A stretch of DNA of 27,673 bases from an uncultured Thermoplasmatales archaeon (lineage in GTDB: Archaea; Thermoplasmatota; E2; DHVEG-1), in assembly GCA_964554985.1 (NCBI GenBank), contig CAZKQS010000002.1:311-27983 (forward strand), read 5' to 3'. The notes under the pieces were generated by a model. That model had not been told where the DNA came from. It did no database searches and was given only the letters and a program-made list of their open reading frames with translations. The translations under genes were made by a program, and so were the position numbers. This document shows positions 17,314-26,145 of the stretch, piece by piece (position 1 is the first letter of the stretch; each line of letters begins with the position of its first letter).

Positions 17314-17525
17314 TTGTGTGTCACCTCCTTAGACTATTAAGTCTAGATTGGTAAAAAGAGTAAATAATAAAAAATCCTTAAAAAATCGTAAAAAACGAAA
17401 TTGTAATAACTTTATTTTTATTCTTTTCTATACTCTTATACACACTATTGCCTTAAATAGTTATGCATTCTAGATTTTTTACCCAAAAAACTTTCCTAGC
17501 ATTAAAATATAAATACTAGAAAACA

Positions 17526-17565
17526 CATATTAACACGTATTAATACGTATAAAGGTGTTAATATG
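17526..17565. promoter_or_regulatory. nested inverted/tandem repeat, candidate operator at the start of the 17563-21867 operon
   Basis: CATATTAACAC-N18-GTGTTAATATG (11-bp perfect arms), internal 14-bp palindrome ACGTATTAATACGT (17535-17548), downstream of TATA-like ATATAAAT (17507-17514). Confidence 0.55.
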
Positions 17566-17805
17566 AAAAAAGTAACAAAAATTGGATTTATGATATTTGC
17601 AGTAGGTTTGATTCTTCTTTTTTTCTACGGAATTTACGAAGGTTTTCAAAAAATATCACTCGAAAAACTAGATTTTTTGGGTACATCAATATTAATAATA
17701 ACACTAATAGGCCTAGGCATACTTTTTATATCAATAATATTTGAGCAACAAGAAGGAAAAAAGAAAATGAAAAACGAAATTAAAAAGGAGGATTTAGAAC
17801 CATGA
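17563..17805 (+). CDS. small 2-TM membrane protein
   Basis: Two hydrophobic helices and a charged tail; SD AGGTG; ATGA overlap with the next gene. Confidence 0.8.
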   Translation: MKKVTKIGFMIFAVGLILLFFYGIYEGFQKISLEKLDFLGTSILIITLIGLGILFISIIFEQQEGKKKMKNEIKKEDLEP

Positions 17806-18116
17806 TAGTTGTAAATACAGATTTTGTACCGGGTAAAGAAATAAAAGAAACAATTGATCTAGTAAGAGGAAACACAATTCAAGCAAAAAGTATCGGTAAA
17901 GACTTTAAAGCAGGGCTTAGACATATTGCAGGTGGGGAAATAAAGGAATACACAGAAATGCTTGCTGAAAGTAGAGAAGTAGCAATTAAAAGAATGGTTG
18001 ATAAAGCTGAAAAACTTAGCGCAGATGCTGTAATAAATGTAAGATTCATGACATCCTCAATTATGGGTGGAGCTGCAGAAATCCTTTGTTATGGAACGGC
18101 TGTAAAATTAAAATAG
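17802..18116 (+). CDS. ybjQ: YbjQ (UPF0145) family protein, copy 1
   Basis: PGKEI, GKDF.AGLR...GGE...YTEML.ESRE.A..RM, ADAVINVRF, EILCYGTAVK. Confidence 0.93.
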   Translation: MIVVNTDFVPGKEIKETIDLVRGNTIQAKSIGKDFKAGLRHIAGGEIKEYTEMLAESREVAIKRMVDKAEKLSADAVINVRFMTSSIMGGAAEILCYGTAVKLK

Positions 18117-18128
18117 AATAGTGATAAA

Positions 18129-18329
18129 ATGAACTACTTTGGAATTATATTAGTTCTAATAGGAATTTGGTTTATAATATCTGGATATGTAGCTTTTAAA
18201 AAACCAAATTCCATATTTACAAAAATTCTAATAACACCTCTTAAAATTGGCCATAGAATAAAAGGATTGATAGCTACAACAAGTGGGATATTAATTATAA
18301 TAATAGGATTATTATTTTACATTCAATAA
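18129..18329 (+). CDS. small 2-TM membrane protein
   Basis: 66 aa with two hydrophobic helices; SD GTGAT. Confidence 0.7.
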   Translation: MNYFGIILVLIGIWFIISGYVAFKKPNSIFTKILITPLKIGHRIKGLIATTSGILIIIIGLLFYIQ

Positions 18330-18340
18330 AGAGGAAAAAA

Positions 18341-18523
18341 ATGACAATTACAAATCATATTACAATAGCCGTAGGAACAATAATTACACTTATTGGAATT
18401 CTATCGATCTTTTTTCCGATAATTACTAAAATAATAAACTTACCGGGAAACGAAAGACTAAAATCAATTACTGCAATAATAACAGGAATAATTATCATAA
18501 TAATCGGTTTATATTTTGTTTAG
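18341..18523 (+). CDS. small 2-TM membrane protein
   Basis: 60 aa, IN.PGNER loop between two helices; SD GAGG. Confidence 0.7.
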   Translation: MTITNHITIAVGTIITLIGILSIFFPIITKIINLPGNERLKSITAIITGIIIIIIGLYFV

Positions 18524-18544
18524 ACCTAATTAGGAGAAATAAAA

Positions 18545-19333
18545 ATGGTAAATAATCTATTACTATTATCAGGCATTGGAATGATGCTAGTTGGATTGAT
18601 CATTCCAATTTATTACTGGAAAACAAAAAAAGTAAGAATAAAATTTTTTGCATATGGAGCAGTTGTATGGTTTATTGCATTTGTAGCTAAAGTTTTAATG
18701 GATCTAACAATATCTGGCTCGATTAGTTCCTATTTATTAAGCATAAGTTCAATATCTTATGCAATAGGATATGGAATATACGTTGGTCTAAGAACAGGTT
18801 TATTTGAAAGTGGTTTTACCTATATTTTTGCAATAAAGAAAAAACTACAAAATATCACTAAAAAACAAGCAATAGCGTTTGGAATTGGTTTTGGCTGTTT
18901 TGAAGCGTTTTTTATAGGTTTTTTTTCATTTATTAATATATTGTTCTATGTCCTAAATCCTAATTTAATTAATATTCTTCCAGTACAACAAGCAGAGTTA
19001 GTAAATAATGCTTTAAATCAATCATCTTTGACAATTCCAGCAGCAATAATCGAAAGAATATCAGTTATAATAATACACATTTTTACAACTCTTCTAGTCT
19101 TATATAGTATAAAAATTGAAAATAAGAGATATCTATGGTACTCAATTGGTTTTAAAACTATTGTAGATGGAACAATTCCAGCACTAAGCATTTATATTGG
19201 GACAGGTACAATCACAGGACTATATCTGATAGAGCTTCCATTCATTGGACTAGCAATATTATCAATATTTGGAATGAAAATTATTTTTAAAAAATGGGGT
19301 GAAAACAATTCGAAAAGTAACAATAACACTTGA
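18545..19333 (+). CDS. YhfC-like (DUF2324/PrsW/CPBP superfamily) intramembrane protease homolog with altered motifs
   Basis: YGAVVW, GLRTGLFES, AFGIGFGCFEA, ERISVIIIH, KTIVDG; about 7-8 TM; SD AGGAG. Confidence 0.78.
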   Translation: MVNNLLLLSGIGMMLVGLIIPIYYWKTKKVRIKFFAYGAVVWFIAFVAKVLMDLTISGSISSYLLSISSISYAIGYGIYVGLRTGLFESGFTYIFAIKKKLQNITKKQAIAFGIGFGCFEAFFIGFFSFINILFYVLNPNLINILPVQQAELVNNALNQSSLTIPAAIIERISVIIIHIFTTLLVLYSIKIENKRYLWYSIGFKTIVDGTIPALSIYIGTGTITGLYLIELPFIGLAILSIFGMKIIFKKWGENNSKSNNNT

Positions 19334-19523
19334 TGAAGATATTTGGAAATGGTGGAAGAAAAATCCGTGGATCAATTTATCTCAACTAGCAGATAGAGAA
19401 CTTAGACGAATAAGAGCCCTTGAAGAAAGAGTGCTTGGAACATGCCCAGAATGTGGAAACTCTAAACTTAGATTTGATGGTAAAAATTATAGATGTGCTA
19501 AATGTGGTTTTGAATATAAATAG
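19299..19523 (+). CDS. ribbon-helix-helix domain fused to a C4 zinc ribbon
   Basis: KVTITLDEDIWKWWK..INLSQLADRELRR (strand-helix-helix), then CPECG-x11-CAKCG. GTG start overlaps the upstream gene by 35 nt; the exact start is uncertain. Confidence 0.75.
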   Translation: MKTIRKVTITLDEDIWKWWKKNPWINLSQLADRELRRIRALEERVLGTCPECGNSKLRFDGKNYRCAKCGFEYK

Positions 19524-19536
19524 GAGTTGAAAAAAA

Positions 19537-19851
19537 ATGATGGTTGCAACAACAGAAAAATTACCTGGAAGAGAAGCTAAAGAAGTATTAGGAGTTGTAT
19601 TTGGAAGCTGCGTTCAAACTAAACATCTAGGTAAAGATCTTCGTGCAGCAGGTAGAACGCTTATCGGTGGAGAAAACAAAGGCTATACTGAACTAATGGA
19701 AGAAGCAAGAAGAACAGCTATGCAGCGCATGATAACTGATGCAGAAAGACTCGGTGCAGATGCAATTATTGGCATGCGTTATGCAACAGCACAAACCATG
19801 GGTAGTGCAGCTGAAATAATAGCTTTTGGAACAGCGGTAAAAACATATTAA
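19537..19851 (+). CDS. ybjQ: YbjQ (UPF0145) family protein, copy 2
   Basis: Same motifs as copy 1; about 49/104 identical by ungapped manual alignment; SD AGGAG. Confidence 0.93.
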   Translation: MMVATTEKLPGREAKEVLGVVFGSCVQTKHLGKDLRAAGRTLIGGENKGYTELMEEARRTAMQRMITDAERLGADAIIGMRYATAQTMGSAAEIIAFGTAVKTY

Positions 19852-19879
19852 TATTGTAAATTTATTTAAAGGAGAAGAT

Positions 19880-20593
19880 ATGTCTGCAATAGAAGTTAAA
19901 AAACTAGTAAAAAACTATAGAGATATAAAAGCTGTTAAAGGAATAAGTTTTAACCTAGAAAAAGGAGAAATATTTGGACTAATAGGCCCAAATGGTGCAG
20001 GAAAAACAACAACTCTAAGAATTCTTTCAACTCTTCTAACAATCACTGAGGGATATGTCAAAATAATGGATTTTGATTTAAAAGATAAACCAGATGAAGT
20101 AAGAAAAATAATAAGTTATTTACCTGAAGATGCAGGCGCATATAAGAATTTAACGGGTAGAGATTATCTTAAGTTTATAGCTAATTTTTTTGGTTCTAAA
20201 AAAACTGACGAACTTGTTAGAACAGGTGTGAAAATTGCTGATCTAGGAAATAGAATAGATGATAAAGTTGAAAGCTATAGTAAAGGAATGAAAAGAAGAC
20301 TTCTAGTAGGCCGTGCTCTAATGAACAATCCAAGACTAGCAATTCTTGATGAACCAACGAGTGGTCTAGATGTAAACAACGCTCAAGAAATAAGAAATAT
20401 TATAAAAAATACTACAAAAGACGGTACAACAATTCTACTATCTTCTCATAACATGCTAGAAGTAGAATTCTTGTGTGATAGAATAGCTTTGATAAATAAA
20501 GGACTTATTGTTGAAGAAGGAAAGCCATCAGATTTAATGAAAAAATATAATGCGAAAAATATTGAAGAAGTTTTTACAAAGGTGGTGAGATGA
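19880..20593 (+). CDS. ABC-2 exporter ATP-binding protein (NatA-like)
   Basis: GPNGAGKTT, YSKGMKRR, ILDEPTSGLD, SSHNM. Confidence 0.95.
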   Translation: MSAIEVKKLVKNYRDIKAVKGISFNLEKGEIFGLIGPNGAGKTTTLRILSTLLTITEGYVKIMDFDLKDKPDEVRKIISYLPEDAGAYKNLTGRDYLKFIANFFGSKKTDELVRTGVKIADLGNRIDDKVESYSKGMKRRLLVGRALMNNPRLAILDEPTSGLDVNNAQEIRNIIKNTTKDGTTILLSSHNMLEVEFLCDRIALINKGLIVEEGKPSDLMKKYNAKNIEEVFTKVVR

Positions 20594-21867
20594 GCGCTCT
20601 AGGAAATATAATTAAAAAAGAACTAAGAGAGCTTATGACTCCTGCAACTTTTTTACCGATTATCATAATGGCTATTGTTTTTGGATCAATGGGAAATACG
20701 ATTGGCGGAATTGAAGAAGAACTAACTGAACCGCCAACAATTGCCCTTATTAATTCAGATGAAGGTAATTTTTCAAAACTTGCTTTAGGTGTTTTTAATT
20801 CTAGTTCAAATATTACTTTTTATTCAAATGATCCATCTGATAAAGACCAAGCTATAAATATTTTAGAAGAAAAAGACGGGCAAGCGCTAATAATTATTAG
20901 CAAAAATTTTTCAGAAAATATTAAAAATGGAAAAACTGGAGAATTTGAGATATACTGGGTGATGCGTGGAGCAGGCATCCTTGATTCAATCTCTTCTTCA
21001 GTAGTTGAGACAGTGATTTCGAGTATTAACACTGAAATTACTAAACAGTTAATAAGTGAAAAAAATGAATTAGTAAATACAACTACTGCTCTTAATCCAA
21101 CTTATAAAAATGAAACAACTTTTTTTAAACAAAAAGAACTAACTGGTATTTCCCCTGGACAAATTGCAAATGTTCTCTCTCAGCAGTCAACTTTTGTTCC
21201 AATTATAATGATGATAATAATTATTATGGCAGGTCAAATCGTAATTTCATCTATGGCTCTTGAAAAAGAAAATAAAACACTTGAAACACTTCTTACCTTA
21301 CCTGTTAAAAGAACTAGCATAGTTGCAGGTAAAATTATTGCCGCAGCAGTTGTAGGCCTTATTCTTGCATTGATATATATGATTGGAATGGGCAGTTATC
21401 TTATGAGCTTTCAGTTTGAAGGTGCAGCAGGCACAACTGCTACAATTGATTTAAGCCTTAGCGCAACCGATATGATGATTACTGGAGTTGTTGTTTTTGT
21501 AAGCCTAGTAGCTGCTCTTGCGTTTTGTATGTTACTAGGAACAATGGCTAAGAACTTTAAATCCGCTCAGACCTTAACATTCCCTGTTGCAGTCCTAGTT
21601 TTAATTCCTATGTTTATAACGATGTTTAAGGACTTTGATACTCTTCCCTTAGCCTTAAAAGCAGTTTTATTTGGAATACCATTCAGCCATCCCATGATGG
21701 CACCTCGTGCGCTTTTGTTTGGCGATTATTTGTTTGTTTTAAGTGGAATTATATATGTGGCTATATTTGCTTTAATTATGATAGCACTTGTTGTATATGT
21801 CTTTAAAACAGATAGGATTGTTACTGGTACTACTGGCTCATTTTGGAAAAAATATTTGAGAAAATAA
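20590..21867 (+). CDS. ABC-2 exporter permease (NatB-like)
   Basis: N-terminal TM, large extracytoplasmic domain, EKENKTLETLLTLPV motif, about 5 further TMs; ATGA overlap with the ATPase. Confidence 0.9.
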   Translation: MSALGNIIKKELRELMTPATFLPIIIMAIVFGSMGNTIGGIEEELTEPPTIALINSDEGNFSKLALGVFNSSSNITFYSNDPSDKDQAINILEEKDGQALIIISKNFSENIKNGKTGEFEIYWVMRGAGILDSISSSVVETVISSINTEITKQLISEKNELVNTTTALNPTYKNETTFFKQKELTGISPGQIANVLSQQSTFVPIIMMIIIIMAGQIVISSMALEKENKTLETLLTLPVKRTSIVAGKIIAAAVVGLILALIYMIGMGSYLMSFQFEGAAGTTATIDLSLSATDMMITGVVVFVSLVAALAFCMLLGTMAKNFKSAQTLTFPVAVLVLIPMFITMFKDFDTLPLALKAVLFGIPFSHPMMAPRALLFGDYLFVLSGIIYVAIFALIMIALVVYVFKTDRIVTGTTGSFWKKYLRK

Positions 21868-24246
21868 AACCAGATTTTTTCATTCTATCAAATATTTTAT
21901 AATAAAAAATATTATTTTCCCATCTATTAGTACACTTAACCTTAGGCATAGAAACAGAAAGAGAATCAGACCAACTACTCATCTTACCATCAGAAAAATC
22001 ACCATCATGATTTGGATCATCTACAGCTCTAACTCTAACAGAGTACTGTCCACGACCAGTCCATGTATGAGCTGCAGAAACTTGTTCACCTGAATTATAT
22101 GGACCCTGCCAATCACTAAAAGAACCATCTCCCCAATCCCATTTATAATACAAAAGATCATTTTCAGAGTCTGAACAACTACTATAATACGTATACTTTG
22201 AACCAGATTTACCCTCGATTTTACCAGATGGCCGGTTTGGTTTATCTGGTTTATTGTTTTCTTCGATACTAACAAAAATAGTATCAGAACTTTCAAAACC
22301 TAATCCATCAGTTAAGGTAAGTTTCACAGAATAACTACCAGTGCTTTCAAAAACATGCACAGGATTCTGATCATTTGAATAAAAACCATCACCAAAATCC
22401 CAATACCATACATAATCAGGGTAACCCTCTAAAACACTTCCAGAGAATCTAACATCAACACCTTTGCAGAGTTTTTCTTCATCAATAACATCAGCACTAG
22501 CAACAGGACTGTTATAATTATCCCATAGATCAAACCAAGCACAAGCATCATTCTCAGGGCTTAAAAAATCCTCAACACCACCCCTGTGTTATCAGGACTA
22601 AAATCACCGCAGGTCTTATAATAACCATCTTCTTTTACAAAAAAATCAGAGTTATCCATATGATCAGCGCTATATATTTCTAAATCATCTGTTGCTAAAT
22701 TATAGATACCATGGTAAATAGCTCCTCGCTTGTAATTTGTATTATCATTTCTACCATTACCATTTGGATAATCACAACCACTTATATCTGCTAGATCATC
22801 ATCTTCACCTTCAATTCCTTCATCATGATCCATAAGCTTAAGCCTAACTGAAACTAAATAACTATCAACCTCAAAACCTATCTCATCATCAGGAACCCAA
22901 TCATAGCTATGTATCCAATTACCATTATTTTTCCTATTTGATTCAGTTTTTGATAAAACACAGTTATTACTTGAATAAGCTTCAGCTTTGTAATACCACT
23001 CAGGAATCGTATCATCAACACCCAAAGGAACATCAAAATCAATATCATCCATATCAAGATTACTGAACTTATGAACAAACAAGGTTACAAAAGGGTCTTC
23101 ACTAGCAACTGTTACAGCAAGTGGATCAGACCAAAAACTTTCAATACCTGATTCATCCCTAGCTTTAACTTTGACATTGTAAACACCCTGTTTATGCCAT
23201 CTATGAGATTTTGATACAGAATCTCCAGAGGTATAAGGACCTACCCATCCAGTATCTTTTCCATCTCCCCAGTCAAATTTATAATAAATGTTATCATCTT
23301 CGTTGTCAATTGAGTGAGTAGTATAAGAATAGGACTCACCTAACGATGCATCAGTTTTGCCAGAGGGTTTATTAGGTGTTTCTGGTGGAAAATTTTCTGG
23401 ATTAAAATTGGTATACAAAAGAGGCATATCCAATGTTGCTGTAACACCTTCCCAATTTACGACCTTTTCATCGATGTCAACAAGAAAACCTACTTCATCT
23501 GAGTACCATAAGTTTGAGTATCCGCCATATTCAGGACCTGTACTTCCCTTAATCAATATAGAATCAAATGTTCCAGCAGGTACTGAATGTGCTTCTTCTT
23601 TTTTAACGTATAATTCTTCACCTTCAAAATCGCCATCTATATCAAAAGATTCAGTTACAATATTTAATACAGTTATCTCTCCATTTATCTGTGCACTAGT
23701 TTCAGCTTCCCAAGGATTTGACGGATCTTCTGAATCTGATATTGGAAAATCAAAGATATTAAAAGCAGGAGAAAAACTGCCCTCGACAACTGAGTCGGCG
23801 CTGATGCCTGTGTAGCTTCCATCTGTTTGAAAATAAAAATCCTTTATACCAAGAGTGGATTTTTCAAAATGAGCATATCCTTGAACATTTCCAGTAAAGG
23901 AGCCTCCTGGTATTACACCCGCTATAGTTAGTGATGCATCAAGATTTCCAGTTATATCAACCTTGTACTCATCTTTTTGATTGTCAATATCTGAAACTCT
24001 AAGTTCCATATTTCTAATCCCGCCGTTAATTGTTAAAACAGAATAATCAAAATTAAAATTGAAATCATAAATCCATTTGTTTCCAATTGACCACTGTGAC
24101 AGTTCTGCAAGAACTTCGTTACTGGCTAATTTTATACAACCTTCACTATTTTCATTTTTTATAGATACAGCATTTACAAAAAAACTACCTAAAAACATTA
24201 ATGTTACAAAAATTGCAAAAAATATTATTTTCTTTTTGTTTTTCAT
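21830..24246 (-). pseudogene. large secreted PKD protein (beta-sheet domain + PKD + C2-like + 2 PKD + KxK tail, about 805 aa) interrupted by a 1-nt frameshift
   Basis: ORF 22561..24270 stops at ..TGVVLRIF*. The -1 frame continues GGVEDFLSPENDACAWFDLWDNYNSPVA..YVWYWDFGDGFYSNDQNPVHVFES directly into ORF 21830..22360. Signal peptide from ATG 24246, SD GGAGG at 24259-24263. Confidence 0.85.
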
Positions 24247-24330
24247 TAAAATATCATTCCTCCTACCCAAACATTATGTAATCATTTAACACATATTTTA
24301 ATATTTTTATTTTTTTATTTATTAGTAAAT

Positions 24331-26067
24331 TTAATTTGGTAAATTGATAGAAATTTTTAAAAAATTCATAAACTTAAACAAAAAAGGAAAATTGGTATCT
24401 ATAAATCTATCCCATAAAATTGGGTTTTTGCCAACTTTTTTTGATTTAGTAACAGAGATATTAACAGGTTCAGACCATCCACTATTCCAATCGTTTTCAT
24501 CCTTTGCCTTTGCTTTAATTTCATAACTTCCTTTATCATTCCAAATATGAGAAGATTTTATAGACTTGCCTTCTTCAACGGGTCCTATCCAGCCAGAATT
24601 TGTTCCATCCCCCCAGTCAAATAAATAGTATAAATCATCCCCAATTTGAGGGTCTTCAGATTTTGCAGTATAAGAATATTTCACACCTTTTTTTATACTG
24701 ATTGGCCCAGATATTTCAGGTGGAAAAGGAGTGCCATATGGGCTGATTAATGGGAAATTATCTTGTTCATTATTAGATATTTTATAAGGCGTGTTCCATG
24801 TATATCCGTTATTTTCTGAATTTGGATATCTATTTTCATAATCATGCCAAAAGTTACCTGAATAAATAGAAGAACAAACTGTGTACCATATGTTCTGACA
24901 CATTACTGATTTTGCATTTTGACCATTATAATAGAATTGATTATTATATATCTGATTTTCATTTGAATTTTGCTCAATAAATATACCATTGTTTTGGTTG
25001 TTAACTATTGAGTTTTCATAAATATAATTTTTTTCAGAATAATGCTTTAAATGAATTCCTGAATCTTGGTTACCAAAGATATTATTATAGATTATATTGC
25101 ATTCATCACAATCAGATAGAAAGATACCGTCCATATTATTTTCATAGATCTTGTTACTAGATATATAGCATGATGATAGAATCAAATATATTCCAAATTC
25201 ATTATCATAAATATTGTTATAACTATCTGAAACTTTGAAAATTTCATCTATCCATAATTTAGATGAACTTGAATATATTCCATATTTATTATTTGAAATG
25301 TCATTGTTTCTTATATAAATAGGTCTACTATCAAGAACGATCATACCAATACTTGCATGAGATATTTGATTATTTTTTACAACAATATCTGAGGAATCAA
25401 CAATTATAACCTGTCCTGCATCAGTTATGTCTTTGTTTGTTTCATCATATAAATAAATAAGATCATTGTTGTTAATTATGTTATCATGGATGATTTGTTT
25501 TTTAGTTGAAAATGTTACAATACCATTATTTATGAAATTATTTTCAAAGATGTGATTTTCTTCACTGTAAGTTTCTATATATATACCCCTTGAATTATCA
25601 GAGATGACATTATCATATATTTCGTTTGAATTAGATGAAACAGACATTCCACTATATCCTTCTCCACTGTTTTTAATAGAAAAACCATGTAACTTTACAT
25701 TATCAGCATTAATTTCGATAACATTTTTGTTGTTGTATCCATCGATTATTGTAGAATATTTGTTTTCTCCTTTTAAATTAATACTTCTATCTATCCTGAT
25801 TGTTGTTTCAAAGTAAGTATATGTACCATTCAGAACATATACAGTATCCCCATCTGATGAAACATCAACACCCTTCCAAATTTCCTTGTATGGATAATCC
25901 AGTGTTCCATCCCAAGGCCCTTGTGTATTATCATCATCTACATATATTATATTTGAATTCATTAGATTATTTATTTTATTTTTTCGACTTTTATCAATAA
26001 TAAGACCCGTAGATACATTACATATCAAAACTAAGATTAGTAATACTGCAATTGTTTTTTTGATCAT
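24331..26067 (-). CDS. secreted right-handed parallel beta-helix (NosD/CASH-like) protein with C-terminal PKD domain and KxK tail
   Basis: Signal peptide; IIYVDDDN..GPWDGT...PY..I..G; repeated N.I..N..GI.+ turns; YLFDWGDG; WSGWSEP. Confidence 0.9.
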   Translation of the reverse strand: MIKKTIAVLLILVLICNVSTGLIIDKSRKNKINNLMNSNIIYVDDDNTQGPWDGTLDYPYKEIWKGVDVSSDGDTVYVLNGTYTYFETTIRIDRSINLKGENKYSTIIDGYNNKNVIEINADNVKLHGFSIKNSGEGYSGMSVSSNSNEIYDNVISDNSRGIYIETYSEENHIFENNFINNGIVTFSTKKQIIHDNIINNNDLIYLYDETNKDITDAGQVIIVDSSDIVVKNNQISHASIGMIVLDSRPIYIRNNDISNNKYGIYSSSSKLWIDEIFKVSDSYNNIYDNEFGIYLILSSCYISSNKIYENNMDGIFLSDCDECNIIYNNIFGNQDSGIHLKHYSEKNYIYENSIVNNQNNGIFIEQNSNENQIYNNQFYYNGQNAKSVMCQNIWYTVCSSIYSGNFWHDYENRYPNSENNGYTWNTPYKISNNEQDNFPLISPYGTPFPPEISGPISIKKGVKYSYTAKSEDPQIGDDLYYLFDWGDGTNSGWIGPVEEGKSIKSSHIWNDKGSYEIKAKAKDENDWNSGWSEPVNISVTKSKKVGKNPILWDRFIDTNFPFLFKFMNFLKISINLPN

Positions 26068-26145
26068 TCTATCCCGTATTTAGGTTTTATTTTATAAAAA
26101 ATTGATATTAAGATTTGGATTTTAGATAATTTAGATCAATTTTTC

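Noticed and set aside
19299-19851. Type II toxin-antitoxin pair (RHH + next gene)
   Set aside because: The downstream gene is YbjQ, with no PIN, RelE, MazF or HicA toxin motifs.
21830-22360. Independent 176-aa PKD gene starting at GTG 22360
   Set aside because: The start falls in the middle of a PKD domain and the frame is open for about 75 more codons upstream. It is the 3' part of the frameshifted gene.
24246-24257. Mini-ORF ATG ATA TTT TAA overlapping the PKD gene start (TAATG)
   Set aside because: Only three codons and easily produced by chance in AT-rich DNA; no supporting evidence.
22120-24625. Recurring CCATC(T)CCCCA(G/A)TC nucleotide repeats near 22130, 23265 and 24605
   Set aside because: These are the coding sequence of the conserved DWGDG motif of PKD domains, not an independent DNA repeat.
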